Below are positions 27,201 through 41,069 of a stretch of 64,000 nt of DNA, piece by piece. A model generated the notes under the pieces. That model was not told the DNA's origin, did no database searches, and saw nothing but the letters and a program-made list of their open reading frames with translations. The DNA lies in contig CM039007.1 in NCBI GenBank assembly GCA_017499595.2, positions 310,001 through 374,000 on the forward strand, in the 5' to 3' direction. This DNA comes from Psilocybe cubensis. Lineage: Eukaryota. The translations under genes and the position numbers were made by a program. Every line of letters begins with the position of its first letter. Position 1 is the stretch's first letter.

Positions 27201-28927
27201 TGGCATCTCTTGGTGGCCTATTTGGAAGACTCTCAAGATTTCTGCGTCACTATTTGTCTGTAGTGCCTGTCGCATGAGCTGCCGAAGGTCACTGATATCG
27301 CTCTGTTCATCGAGGGCATTCTGAATCGTGTGGATTTTCTTCAAATCAGGTATGATGTTGGAGGAGTCATCGCCCTGAAGTATTTCAGGCTGGGATTCGT
27401 CAATAATTCCTAGGGCGTTTTTGGCCGCGGCGAAGTGGTAGACCATCTCCGGTGAGTTTTCTACGAGTGGCGGGGGATGATGGTGGTCATTGTGTTGGTC
27501 TGCATCAGGTCCAGTGGCTACTGAGTCCTCTGGATGCTCCGTGAAAAGGTGACTTGCAAGGATAGCAGTCAGGACGTGCGTCTCGTGCTCCCGGCGCTTC
27601 TCAGTTCTCTGAACTTGCTTTAAAATGCGGATTTGAATGGAAACCTGTACACAATATATTATTGAGGGGTTACTTGTGTTGTAATTGACATTGAGAGGAA
27701 CGTACCCCGAATAATGCAAGGGCATCTTGAAGTTTTAGATGACATTCCGAGATGTCTCTGCGAATCTCGTCGCGTTTCAGGTAACGCTTGAGCCAAGGAC
27801 GAGTTTTCTGCTTGAACATAAAACGGTAGATGTCATTGAAGCATCTTCGCGAGCAATAAGTTACCGAGCATTCAACTTGGCGAACTACTCACTCTTCCAA
27901 CTTTGCAAGAGGAAGCTTTAATTCTGTCCCAATCTGATCCCCAGCCTCATGGACTTCCTCTCGGACTGAAAGAAGAATGTCTGCACAGCGCTCGGTAAGG
28001 CGTAGGCACCCGAGACGGTTCATCTATTCCATAGCCATGATAGTGAGATGTTTATCTATGGGAAATATAAAAAAACACATACATCGACATCTTGAGCCGC
28101 GTCCCATATATTCAAGAGGGTGTTCGCTGCAGCTTGGAGGCCAGGGATTGGCACGAAATCCAAAAATTCTACACCAAGGTACAGTGCTTCGTGAGTGATG
28201 TCGGCAGCAGTGTCCAAAACAGAAGCGGCGGCCTGTGCAACGCGCTAGCGAAAGAAAGATCATAAATTAGCTCCTCCATCAAATCTTGAGAAACTCAAGT
28301 GTTTCAAAAGTAATCAAGCACAGCATTGCCAGTCGCGTCACAAAACATGGGGCAACGCCTGGTGGCTTAGATGATACGAAGAACGTGTAAGCTCACCTTG
28401 CGAGTATCCTCGAACGCGACAGCCTGTTCCGGAGGAATGGTGTTTTTCCTCTTTGGAGGGTCGTGCCAAGGACGTGACACGTGCTTATCCCCCCACCACG
28501 AGGTCGACATCTTCGGACTGTCGATGTCCAGTCCTATCTGATCCTTCACGTCCTGTTGTGGAACGGATTTCGCCAGCTCTGACGGTGCAGTTGCTGCTCC
28601 AACATCCTCAATTTCTGGCAGCTCTATCGAAGATGGCTCTCCATGTGCGGATGTAAGAACCATGGACAGGGGCCTTAAGGGCTCAGAGGAAGGGTCCTGA
28701 GTGCTCGACGATTGCGCGTTGCCCCCGGCATTGCTTGGAGCAGAATATGAGGACGAAGGGGTGGACTGTACCGGAAGGGAAGAAGAACTGGCTTTGGGAG
28801 TAAAAATGGCGCTCAATGGAGAGGAGGCTTTCGGAATAGAGCCTGAAGACGATTCTGGTAGCGGGATTGATCTCTTGATCGGTGTCGCCGATGAAGATCG
28901 TGGTGACTTCGACGCTTCATGCGACAT
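24245..28927 (-). CDS. Tyrosine-kinase-like (TKL) protein kinase with N-terminal MLKL-like helical domain and an extra C-terminal domain
   Basis: Kinase motifs IGVGFFSTVYKG, VAIK, HGDLKASNVL, DFG, GTLGWQSPE, ADVWSF and CWQFDPKSRPSF are all intact. N-terminal helical exons at 27708-28250; C-terminal domain at 24245-25140. Confidence 0.9.
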
Positions 28928-29362
28928 TGATGTTTTCCTCGTCCTCAATGACCCGCTATAAAAAGTATGAAAAGGAGAAATTGACGACGACTGCAAAATC
29001 TCGTCGTCGTTGGTGCCGAGGAACGTCCTGGTGGAGAGAGAGGAATGCGTGGGAAATGTTATGAAGGCCTTTGGCGACGGTAAGAAGGCTTCCTTAGATA
29101 TATGCTGGCGTGCCCCGGAGTCAAGTAAAGTAAACGAGTTTGAACTGTTAAGATTAGACCGCCCGCCCTGGGATGCGTAGACAGCATAGGAAGAAAACGT
29201 CAATCGTATTTATACCCCATTCCGTTGTCATAGCCTCCGCCAATGGAGTGTGAGCGCTTCTTTGTACAGTTCTGGCTACTCGGTGTCTATGCACATGGCT
29301 TGTCTGTCCTGGGATACTAGCAGGTCCACTAGTCAGTCGATTCCGAGCCTGTCGCGAACGCA

Positions 29363-29462
29363 NNNNNNNNNNNNNNNNNNNNNNNNNNNNNNNNNNNNNN
29401 NNNNNNNNNNNNNNNNNNNNNNNNNNNNNNNNNNNNNNNNNNNNNNNNNNNNNNNNNNNNNN
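29363..29462. other. Assembly gap (100 N)
   Basis: Run of n characters. Confidence 1.
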
Positions 29463-30549
29463 CTGGTGCGTCAAATCTACTGCGGTGGCTGTCACTTGAA
29501 CGCGTCCTTAAAAGGTACCTAGGCTGTGCGGATACACGACTGTCGGAAAAAAATGACATGGGTATTAACTTTGGTGAACCAAAGATATGAACAAGCTTTG
29601 AATATTTCAAAAGACTTACCGAAAGAACTAGACGACTCTGTCAATAGAGGTATACCAATATACTGGCTCTACCGTGTTTGTATGAGCATTAATGATAATA
29701 CTAGTAAGCACTGAGTACTACTAGTAGCCATAATTTCGCACAGAAAATTCTAAACAGTACATGATCGTTCAGGCGCAGACTCGTTGTTTCCAACCGGAAC
29801 TATTTCATTCGTCCGTCGTACTCACATGGATTTGGCGAGTGAGTGTTGGGATGTTCTGCGGGTCTTGTTGGTCTTGTTATCGCTGACTTAGCCAGCTGCG
29901 CGCGCGTTCATTCGGTCACCTGATCGTGTGCCAAGATTACATAATATAATGTTGATCCCTGGCCACGAAAAGTTGCATTTCGTCCTGAGTCCATCGTCGG
30001 GCGTATGAAATCAAGTCCAATGGGTCGAAAAGTGGGCCTATTTATGAAAACTGTTATGTGATGGTGCTGACTTATCTTCCAAGGATCCTGAAACAGTTTT
30101 TAATTCCTGACAGTCTGAAGAGACTAGGTAGTACGCTTTTTACACCCTCAGGCTCGACATCACAGCATACCCTCTATGTCCACACGTATCTCACCAACCA
30201 GAAGCTCGATCATGTGGGAAACACTTGATCACTACCCACCTTTTCAACGATCTAAAGCAATTTTCGCACTGCATGGACCGAACACCTATATAGATAGTCC
30301 TCCTTGACGTCCCCGCTCGATCCGTCACGATGCCGGATCAACGAGTATGAGATTTTCAAACCACTTGTCGACGATTTGGAATGTGTTTGTTGAGTGTCCT
30401 TTTGGAGATCTTGAATCGGACATTGGGTAGTCAACCGACCCAAAATGGATCGTGGCGTGGTGGACAAAGGGCTGTGCGTCATTGGCCAGGACAAGAAAAA
30501 GCTAACGGTTGTTAACAAGGCAAAAATAAGAACATCGTTTACTTTGTGC

Positions 30550-31337
30550 GTTCCAACGCCTCCAACACTAGAGGAAGTGATGAGTGATGGTCAGTTTCAG
30601 ATCCCTTCGACAACTATACTGTGTTTTTACTTAACATACTACAAGTGCATTGGCTATCCCTGCTGACTCTGATACCACGCCCAGTTCTCTTTCGCATACA
30701 TTATAATACCTATTCCACCACGCAAAATCGGGCAGGCGTCTGCAAGTCGAGGTAAATACACTGGGTATCCTGAACGGTAGCAAGCCAGCGCGGATACCAT
30801 ACCTAAATGCGGACATGTAAGCTGATGAAATTCGCGCAACACTATTTGTTTGATCACGTTTTGTTAGCAGCATTGAATGGTTGCATCTATTTCCTCCTGT
30901 GCTTACAGCAAGCAATTACAGAGACAAAATTAACAAATGTTGGGACCTCAGCCTTCTTGTTATCAAATATTTCACGCAGACAAAGTTGAGGACACAGCTT
31001 CCTGCCAGAAGGGAACACCGCCTTCATTCCTATCTATACAATGCATCGCGACCCTTGTAACCTCTCATCTTCTCCAACACCGTTGGATACCCGAATATCG
31101 AAAGGCAGCATCGTAAGCCGAGGGTCTTTAATGGTAACCCTGCGGAGTACATTCACAACACGAACACCTTTATTCAATTTTCCATTCGACCTGCAAACTG
31201 TGCTGGCAAAAGCCTGGCCTACATGGAATTTGACCCGCTTTGTAGATCGAAAATTTGCAGACGGCTATTATCCTGAGTGCTGGATAGATGATATAGGTGA
31301 TTTCTTTATTGCCGTGAAAGGTCCACTCGAGTTTTAG
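30550..31337 (+). pseudogene. Decayed cytochrome P450 (basidiomycete CYP5035-like by motif resemblance)
   Basis: Manual translation gives PTPPTLEEVMSDG; SDTTPSSLSHTL*YLFHH..RLQVEV..IPYLNA (I/K-helix region with an in-frame stop); FLPEGNTAFIPIYTMHRDP; WIPE; FIQFSIRPANCAGKSLAYME (heme motif with G replaced by R); FADGYYPECWIDDIGDFFIAVKGPL. Frameshifts lie between the blocks. It may extend upstream to about 30050. Confidence 0.8.
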
Positions 31338-31783
31338 TGATTGCTACGCCTCATAAGTGAAGATTAGGCAGCAGCGTCAGTATGATTAGCAAACCAGAAG
31401 ATGTACAACTATCCTCAATCCTGCCACAGCTTTGTTAAAACGTGGTCAACTATTATAGTAATGCGCCGTACACATTGTCGTTTTGCTTTGCTGTGATTGT
31501 TGTATTGCTATTAATAGATCTATCCGTATACAGAGAGTCATCGTAGAATGATTACGAACACCATGCGAAGGCATAATTACTTGCGCGCCGCCGTCTCGGT
31601 TACTTCGGGTGGTATCGAAGAACAGCATCGATAACGTTCGAACCCAAGCTCCTTATTGTTGAACAGATAGTGTGGGATTTTGGTACGTCGGAATATGATA
31701 AATAAACGTAGACCTGAGTGATTCTCATTAGTACATTGAGCAGCTCTCTCCTACTAAAAGTATCTGAGTACTGTACCTTGGTC

Positions 31784-34147
31784 ATGACATCCACGGTATC
31801 GGAAGAAAGCTCTAAGGTACGTTTCCCCGGAAAGATTTTCCTCTGTTTCCTTTACGTTTGACGCCATTTACAGGCCGACCCGCCATGGATATGCGGAGAT
31901 CCGCTCAAATATCCTCTCCCAAAGCCCGATAGTGACCCATGGGCGAGAGTACTTGAGCCTATGCTAGAGAAAGAAAACGAGATGTGCGAATCGTGGAGAG
32001 ATGAAATCAATAATATTTTAATTTTTGTAAGCAATCAATGGTCGAACCTAATTTTTTGGCTGCGTTCGTTCTGATTCTCTGAAAGGCGGGCCTTTTTTCT
32101 GCGATTGTCAGTGCCTTTGTTGTGGAGTCGTACAAGGGATTACAGCCAGATTCCAGTGTGGAAATAATCTCGTTACTCGGTCAAATTGCATCAATCCTCC
32201 GAGAGAGTACCAACCTTACAGCCGATAGCATCTTGAATGGGACAAGTACAATTCAATTGCAACAGGACGATCCACAAACACCCCCGCCGGTGATGTCCCG
32301 TATCAACATACTTTGGTTCATTAGTCTAATTCTAAGCATCACCACTGTTCTCGTCGGGACTGTTTCTCTTCAATGGATTAGGGAATATCGACTATACCCC
32401 CGTCATATCACATCGCGCGACAAGCTTGCATTGCTAAACATGCGAATTGAAAGTTTCATTGGGTGGGGTGTACCTACACTCATTTCGCTATTGCCCGTCA
32501 TCCTTCAGGCTTCCGTTGTCTTGTTTTTGGTTGGATTGATCGATTTTATAACCATTGTTGCCCCATCCCAGGTCTCAATTCCTGTCATTGCAGTCATCGC
32601 CCTTCCATTGACGTTCATTACGGTCACCACCTTACTTCCATCTTGTTATTGGATACCATCTTCACTCATACTCCGCATATCCAAAACCTCTGTCCCATCG
32701 CAATGTCCCTACAAGTCTCCTCAATCATCCCTATTTATTCATCTGGTTAGAGCGATACTGGTTCTTCTATCCAGGGCCTTTGACATTATCACCCACTTCT
32801 TCTATCTCTTGACTAGGCGTGCTGATACCATTTTACGACCAGTTTCCTGGCGGGGAAAAATATCGAATCTGGTCGATCGCATGCTGCCCTCAAACGATCG
32901 GATATTTCTGCATTATCGACAACGATTCCACGAGCAAATTTACAGACAAAAGTGGAGACTTTACGATACTCAGTCAACTCCAAATCAGCAATGGTGTGAA
33001 AAGGAGCAGGTATCCTTTTCTTGCGACGACCCTAACACATCACCCCCTCTTTATGACTGCATTATGGGTCTCAGGAAACTGCTTAGGGAAGGCGATAATC
33101 TCGATCCGGAGCTTGCGTCGTCTAGCTACTACTGCGTCCAAGATTTATTCAAATACGACCGTAGTGGCTCCTTTGGACCAAAGTTGTGGCATCAATATCT
33201 TCAAGGCTTGACATTGGATGACCATTCCCACACTTCTCTTGCCAGTCATAACGATGTTCAGCAATTGATACCTTCGAGGATTTTACAGGAAGAAACCTTA
33301 ATGACGGCGTTGACGGTGCTCCCTCGCACACCAGAGAACGTTCTTGCACTCTATGAACACCACATCCGTCTCTTCAACTTTTATTTGACATTACCTGCAA
33401 GATCAGTCACAAAGAGACAAAGATTAGAGTCCACACTATCTCTTCTATCAAGAGAGCGTATTGAGGATCCCAAAGCTCGCTCTGGTGCGCCATTTATTTG
33501 AATACAGATTATGAATATTTACCTCTTCTTCAGACGTCTCCAGACAGTACACCATGCTTCTAGAAAAGCTCTTCGAAACCTATGCTTATCAAACAACCCC
33601 ATACGTATTCCGTTATCAGAATACTATTCAACTTCTGGATGTCGCTTTTCGAGCACAAGATGACGCGGATAGGAACCGTACCCTTCAATTGATTTATTCT
33701 CATGTGGTTGAAATTGGAAAATTCTCGTCCAGTCCCATTGGTCCTCAATATTTGCTCTACTTCCTCATGGCTTCTTACGTTGGTCTGGTGGTTGGTGCTG
33801 GTCATCATTTCACAGCCTTTGGAAGGCAGATGGAAGAATCTCTGATTTTACAACTGGTGGACATCGGGAACTCGATACGCTTCGATCAATTGACACAAAG
33901 CGCGGATCCTAGTCAATGGGGCTATGGGTATAAAATATTCGTGGAACAGGCGGAACTTCAAAGATTGGCGCGATACACAAACCATACGCGTCAAGCAAAT
34001 ATGCATTGGCGCTCACACACGCCGTCAGTCACGCAGATGTGGGTGCCAGAGATCCCGAAACCTGAAGGTTTCCAGAATACTTGCAGAGTTGGATGTGACG
34101 ACACGTCTTCAATAACTGTTGCTTTTGAGGTAGGACAAAAACCATAG
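31784..34147 (+). CDS. DUF6535-type membrane protein
   Basis: WRDEINNILIF/AGLFSAIVSAFVVESYKGLQPD, RINILWFISLILS, QWIREY and LPVILQASVVLFLVGL match the widespread agaricomycete DUF6535 pattern. A variable helical C-terminus follows. Confidence 0.85.
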
Positions 34148-34314
34148 AACATGTTAATTGTCCGATTCGAAAACGGGAAAGTTGAAATTCCCTAGAGCTC
34201 CTATCTGTCTGGGTTTTAACATTTCGGCATATACCGAGAAAAAGTTTTGATTCGCTTGAAAAATACTCCAATTCCTCTTCGAATAGTGTTTTTCTTTGGT
34301 TCTGGATCAGATAC

Positions 34315-35005
34315 ATGACTATGGTGCCTCAATCTCGACTGGAGACAACGCAATGCCAACAATGTTGGAAGTCTCGCGCAGACAGAGTTACCCTTTTCCG
34401 GTGTTCAGGTTGTCAGATCGCATTATATTGTGTACGTCTGTCTCAATAATCCTGCATGCTTGAATATACAACATCATGTACAGAGCAGAGAATGTCAGAA
34501 GACCGCCTGGCCGATGCACAAGTCAACATGCAGACTTAATTCTTCCCGGCATATGACCAATGAAGGTCTATCTCGCGAGTTGAAGAAGCTACGCTCTTTT
34601 TGCACGAAACATCGACCAGCGTTTACTGAGTATGGACTCAGAGCTCTTCAACTTTCCAAAGATCCAACTCGTTGTACTCGCGATTTCCTTCTCATATCGG
34701 TGTTTCCTGTTCCAGATGAAACACGGTCGGAGAAAGCATTCAAGGCAACTGGGGCTGAGATCATGCCATTTGATACATTTGGCGAAGAGCATGGAGACGA
34801 GCTTCGGAGTCAGTTGAAGACGTATGAGCAAGAAGTAAAGAAATTCGGAGGTATCAGCTGCATATTGGTCGTTGTGTGTGATATGGTTTCGTTTGTCCAG
34901 AACATCTGTCCTGTGGGGTTCAACAGTGACATCTATCAAATGGAAATTGGCCAGCCGTGGAGGGAACCCCTACTGGAGAAGCTGAACAGTGGAATTGTCC
35001 AATAA
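34315..35005 (+). CDS. MYND-type zinc-finger protein
   Basis: CQQC..CSGCQIALYC/SRECQKTAWPMHKSTC across one intron. Confidence 0.88.
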
Positions 35006-35329
35006 TTTTTCAAAAAATTTTACGCCTAGTGGTACCAACATGAACTTTTGCATGCAAATATTTATTTATATATTGTACAGAGTCACATAATGTAGCGAAA
35101 TCAGCGAGAAGAAAAATGAATAATGCCCATGATCTGTGATAAATGTGGAATAGAGAATATGAAAATGTAGGGGATGAAAACGAACGAAATATTTGTGAAC
35201 TAGGATGGGATCCGATGAGCAAGAAAACGGCAAAGAGAAATGTACAATCTAATATAGAATGACGAAACGAAATCGAAACTAAGGCAAATGATAGGATAGG
35301 TTCAACAAAGTCCAAATAAAAAATAAAGA

Positions 35330-38300
35330 TCACCAGGCATCATCACCCGACGCTCGACCGGGTTCACTCTCAGGCCCTGAAGGCACACCTAGATCGAGAG
35401 ACTCCATGTCACCCAGCAGAATTTCGTGCTCCGGTCTTAAAAACAAGCTCCCTGGGCTTCCGGTGACCATGGAAAAGTTGGCTATAGTGGGAGATATGCT
35501 CGTCGTAGACGTGATAGACTTGTTATTCACGTGTCCAGGCCCAGAATAGGACGACGACTGAGATGTTGCAAGGGCATTAGTTCCGCTTCCCCGTGGGCGT
35601 GGTATTGCCCGAGGGGTGGCCATGGATCTTTGCATTTGCTGGGAGTTCGCGGGCGCAAAAGCATATTGCGACTGGTCAACAATGCTCCTACTGTCCATGC
35701 TATAGTTCGTATCGTCGTGCAAAAGCATGGTCATATTAGAAGGTGGTATTGGGAAGATTGAAGAGGTATCACTTCGCCGCCTTTTGATAGAAGGCGTCGA
35801 AGTTGGGGGTAAAAAGTCGCCAGCTGTATCGTCCGCATTAGGTTCGAACTCAGGGGTTGCGCATTCAGGTTGGTTATCAATGCTGTGATGAATGATGACA
35901 GTATTGTTATAAGCATCCTCTTGGTCGTCTTCTGGTTCTTGCTCTTCGTCTTGACGGATGAAGCTGGGCGTAGAATCCATTGCGAGAGGGCTGCTGTTGC
36001 CGGTTTTTGGAATGGGGGTCCTGAACCCGCTGGTTGTGCCAATGCTGCTTCCACTCCAGCTCGGAGAAAGACCAGGCACTTTGATAGCCCTGAGGGCCGC
36101 CAATTCTCTCCGCAGCGCAGCACACTCCCTCTCAACAGAATCGAACGCATGGCGGAGGTCATTATTTTGCTGTACAAGGACCGAGGCATGCTCAAGACGA
36201 TCCCGAAGTTGTGAATTCTCTTCCCGAAGTAGGCGCACCGTCCGTTGACTGTCGGATAGAGCATTCAACAAGGCCGCCATTTCCGTTCCATGCTTCTCCT
36301 TCAAGTCTCGAACTTCCTCACGCTCCCTCTCCCTCTCCCGATCCAACCTGTCCCTATCACGCCCGAGGTACCCAAACGACTCTGCAAGACTAGTTGGCGC
36401 CGTCGACACCGACTTGGGTGTATCCCGGTCTCTGCTGGAGCTTGATACAGTGAACGTTGGACTCTCCATGAGCCCTTGATGGTTATATGGTGATGATCCG
36501 CCACCATAACTGCTTCCTCCAAAGGACTCGCTGCCTCTACGTCCTGAAGTAACACCACCGACTTCAGAGTACGCCATGCGGGATTGAGCACGGCTGTGGC
36601 CAGGGTTGTAATTGTATTCGGATGCGCTTCGAGCGCCATTGTACCTGGCGCTACTAGAGAGGGGTGAGGGTGAGGGTGCAACACTTACGCTGTTGCTTCG
36701 AGTTCTGTCGCGTAAGCGACCGAAACTGCTTTCTCCTCCAGACTTCTCCTTCTCCTTGCTGCGGTCGCGTTCGAAGTCGAGGAGTCCTGCAGCCTTGAAA
36801 GCCTTTGCCGTTCTCGGTCCCAACCACTCCATCTTCGGACCCGCCCCGCTCCCACTGCTCGCTGGTCTCTCGTATCTGCTTTCAACCCCATCATCATCGC
36901 GAAACATCTTCGGGCTTGTATGAGCGGACGCGCTACTTCCAGGCCGAGATATCCATGAACCATAAGCACTGTTATCCGTCATCATCGTATTGACATATCG
37001 CCCTTCATTCAACTGTTCTTGAACGCTCATGCTACGCTTCCTTGCACGCGGAGGGACCCCAGTGACGCGAGGAATGGACAGTGCAGTATCTCCTGAGCTA
37101 CCCGTGACTCTCAGAGAGGGTGTCCGTTCTCTTTCCCTTTCTCTCTCCCTTTCGCGTTCTCGCAAACGTTGTACAGAGCTAGGTAGATGTGTCGAGTCGC
37201 CCTTTACCCGCGAACCGGCAACTTCAAACGGACGATCTTCGGTTTCTCTTGATGGTGATATCTCAGCTTCTGTCATCCTCCGTTCAGGGTGTTCAGGGGA
37301 CGCGGACCTGCGCGAAATGTGAGGTCGTGTCCTGCCTTCAAGCGAAGTTCGGCGCCTGTCTAATGAAGGACGTCCAAGCCCGATTTCTCGTCCTAACGAA
37401 GGACCAGGAAGCGGACGTCGAGAGTCCAGCGACCCACGGCTCGGCGGTGTCACCACCTGTTGTAATGGCGATGACGAATCACCAGTACTGGATGGACTGT
37501 CCTTGGAGCGGCCGCTGCCACCACTTCCGAGCATGACTTGTCTAAGCGTTCGCGTCGCTAGACGGGAGGTAACGGGAGTTTCCTTTCCTTGTGGCGTTTT
37601 ATCTTCTGTACTGCGATTTCGATTGCCAAAAAGATTTGTTGCTCGCAATGAAGGTTGGCTAAACATGCTGGGTGAGCGAGGTGGCGGCAGTGTTCGGCGA
37701 GGAGCAGGTGTTGAAGTAGGAGCGGAGCTTAAGGAGGGAGAGGGGGATGCAGGTGGTGTATCATGTGCAGTGATGGTAGGTTTGGGTACATTGGTGTTTA
37801 TTTTTTCGGGGGTCACTTTCGGCGTTGTGCTGGTTGCATTTTTCCCTGACGGCGTAGCGGGAGAAAGTGAAGGAAACCATGGAGAGGTGGGGGAGGGGGA
37901 AGGCGATGAACGTAGTTTGGGCAACAAGGAAGCCGACTGCTGAGCTCTGGAATGGCGAGAACCCGGCGATGGAGGAAAGGTAGGTGTAGTTGGCGATAAA
38001 GATGGTCTTCGACGGTGGTCAGGGGTGTGGCTCAGTGATTTTGATGAGGAATTCTTGGATGCGGAATATGGGCTCAAAAGGGCCAAGAGATCAGCATCGA
38101 CTGTATCAGGGTTGAATGTCTGATTTGCTGCCTCAGGGTGTTCATCAGCATCGATAACAACCACGGCTTTGTCTGCCTTCAGCCATTCCTGTCCAGAACG
38201 TGATGACGAAGCACTCTTCCTCAAGGCATCGCGAACTTGATTTTCCACGTCCGTCGCAGATAAGTTTAGGGCAGACGTATCAAATTCGACCGAGTCAGAG

Positions 38301-39071
38301 TGTTGAAGATGCCGCTGGCCTGCCCTAACAGACAGAGAACCGTGGTTACTGTGTGGATGTAGGAAGTGTCGGCTGGGCGAAGACGGCCTTGATTGAGCAA
38401 TTTTCGACACCCCTGAACTGTCCGCCTCCATGATGGTTGAGAGTTCAGCTGTCAAAGGGGGTCCAGGAGAAGGAGTCCGCAAAGTGAACGCTGATATTAC
38501 ATATATATCAGAGTTAGTTGATGAAATGGTCGAAGATTGCGTACGACGCACCTGAACGCAGTGTTCCGTCTCCGTTTGAAAGGACATTTTCCTCACGAAA
38601 TGCCGGTTCACGAGGAAGTGGCTTTTCGAGACGCGACAGTGAAGCCGACCTCCGAATGGCCCCTTCATCCGCAACAGGTCCATTCGCCCTATCAATAGCA
38701 ATAACAGTGGCTCCAACATCATTTGAAAGCGACGATTTTCGTTCTCGGGTCATAGACCTCCTAACCGAACCAAAGTTCGCGAAAGGGCTCTTAGAGTTAT
38801 TGGGTGATGCAGTGGCATGTTTGTTCGGTCCAAAAGGTAGTAGAGAGCGTAGGGTGCGGAAAGCAGGAATGCCTGAACCTGCAGGGCTGGTTGGTGTAGT
38901 GTTGTTTGTGGGTGTGCCCGGAGAATAGCCAATGCCTTGTGGGGGTGTCAAGCCCGAGTTCAAAGACCCGTTGCTGGACGATGCTCGCCGAGAATAGTTT
39001 CCTGGCGCGAATACCCCCTTTTTCGACTGTGTCGGTAGTGGGGTATTTGGTGAAAGTTGGGCTGTCGCCAT
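35330..39071 (-). CDS. Large Ser/Pro/Arg-rich disordered protein with a central coiled coil
   Basis: Two long ORFs joined by an intron near 38492-38545. Coiled coil EVRDLKEKHGTEMAALLNALSDSQRTVRLLREENSQLRDRLE; RE dipeptide runs; ends ..SPGSLFLRPEHEILLGDMESLDL... Confidence 0.8.
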
Positions 39072-39554
39072 CGCCTTCTCTGTCCTTGTCTCCACTGATT
39101 GGAGAACGGCCAGATTAAAATTTTGAGTATAGTCTACGATCTTGTAGGTTATGAGGTAGACATCATCGCAATGAGTATGTAGAGAACGTCGAGTACGTCG
39201 CAGATGGTGGACGTTCGGATACAAACCACAATATTTTCCCGCGGCGAAGATTTGTGGCCCTAGAATAGGGTTACAATGGCACAACCATATCACAACAACT
39301 TGAACGACCATACTTCTTACTCCAGAACCCCGAGGTATTTGGCTTAAGACTTGGTTACTTAGCAAGTGGGAACCTATCCTGATCAATTTGGTGAATTTCT
39401 GGGATTGGTCGCGATTTTATCGACTTCCGAACTGTTTGTACATTTCTTTTTTGGCAGAACAAAGGCAAGGTTACTACTAGTCCTCATCCATTCCCCAGGC
39501 TCGAATTTTGCTAGATTGTTTCAAGTGAATTACTCACTGCGATCTAAATTTAAG

Positions 39555-41069
39555 CTACAAGTCGGGCATACTCTTTATCATCGACTTCCAAATATTATAC
39601 GCGACCCAAGGCAACGTTACCCCAAGAATAACCCACATAGGCACTATGAGGAACACAACGGGCTCCTTCCAACTATTCTTGAACGGCGTAACGATACCAG
39701 CTAAAATGCTGACCACGGCGAAAGTCAGCATAAAAATGACACCCGACATATACAAAGCGACATGAAAAAGAATTTGTAGGTCTGGGCTACCCTTAGTGAG
39801 CATGTTTTTTTACAAGATGCGTACTAAATGACTGACATGATTTTATGGTTTTCCAATTGAAATGCATCCATCGAGTTGACTGTAGCGTGTCGTCTACTAT
39901 TGACGGGAGTATTGGACGCACAAGCCTCAGAATAAAGCTCCGAACAACACGTAAAATCTTCCGCAGAACGACTGACATCATGACACTGTTCGCCGCAGGG
40001 GTCAAGAGTGGGAATAGAACAAAGACCCCAAGAGCTATTGCGGCAAAGAAGCATTCTTGTAGCCAGATCTTGAAGCTTGCGGCCTGCCATGCCTCGAAGT
40101 ACGCTTCCATCGTCAAATGGCTTCTGTCCTCTGGTAGAGATCCGAACTTCCATTGGGGATCGAACGTGAACTGATAGAGAATGTACGTCCACAGCGCAAC
40201 CCAGGCCGATGCAAGCGCTATACCTACACTATACAATATGCCTCGATTGACTGTATATCGATATAAATGGCTTCGTCCATATTAGAAAATAGTTCAGTGC
40301 GTACCTGAATGTAGAATTTCTGACTGGTCTCTATTAAAAAATCCCGGGAAAATATTTGATGAGTTATACTCATAAAGCCCCAAGATGTATAGCCTGTTGT
40401 GAGAGAGATTAACAATTGATACAGCATTAAAATTCCAACAAAATATCATGCTTACACTGTAGTCACTGGCACGGCTATAGTCCAGTCTGTCCATGTCGCC
40501 GCAGTCGATTGGTTTGCGTATCCTAGCATAGCCTTCGACAGTCCAAACGCAGTAACCGCACTGCAAACAAGGATACGATAGGGAGTAACATCAGGGTTTG
40601 ACGAGCGCATATAAGCGTTTAATTCTCCAGGCGCCTCATCGGAGACATATTCAGGGCGATTTATTGAGAATAAAGCAAAGAATTTCCAGACGAAATCCAT
40701 GCAGTCTGGCTTGAATAGCCACGTCAAGTAAGATGGTACATCCTCTCGCGAGTCATAAGCACTGAGAACAAAGAAACTAGCTTGGTATATACTATCAGTC
40801 ACGGATTAAAGTGCTAGTCGTAATCAACAATATCATTACATTACCGAGAGAAGAGTCCCAGCGACCCATTCCAATGTGGTGGAGACTATAGCACCTCCGT
40901 TCTGTGTCGCAATCGCCTTCGCGGTTCCAAATCCAACTGTAGTGACAAGTACCGCGAGCCTATACGGTGTTAGCTTAGGGTGCCAGGGTTTTGGAGACTG
41001 GAGCGAAGTTGATTGGAGATAAGTTGGAGGTTGGTCTGTGGAGTGGACGGCATATCCGATTTCGCTCAT
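39555..41069 (-). CDS. Multi-pass membrane protein with a duplicated HP(K/D)(L/V)TPYR..FGxxKA..TxxxW repeat
   Basis: Exon 1 has HPKLTPYRLAVLVTTVGFGTAKAIATQNGGAIVSTTLEW and exon 2 has NPDVTPYRILVCSAVTAFGLSKAMLGYANQSTAATWTDW. Further hydrophobic exons run to 39555; the last junction is less certain. Confidence 0.7.
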
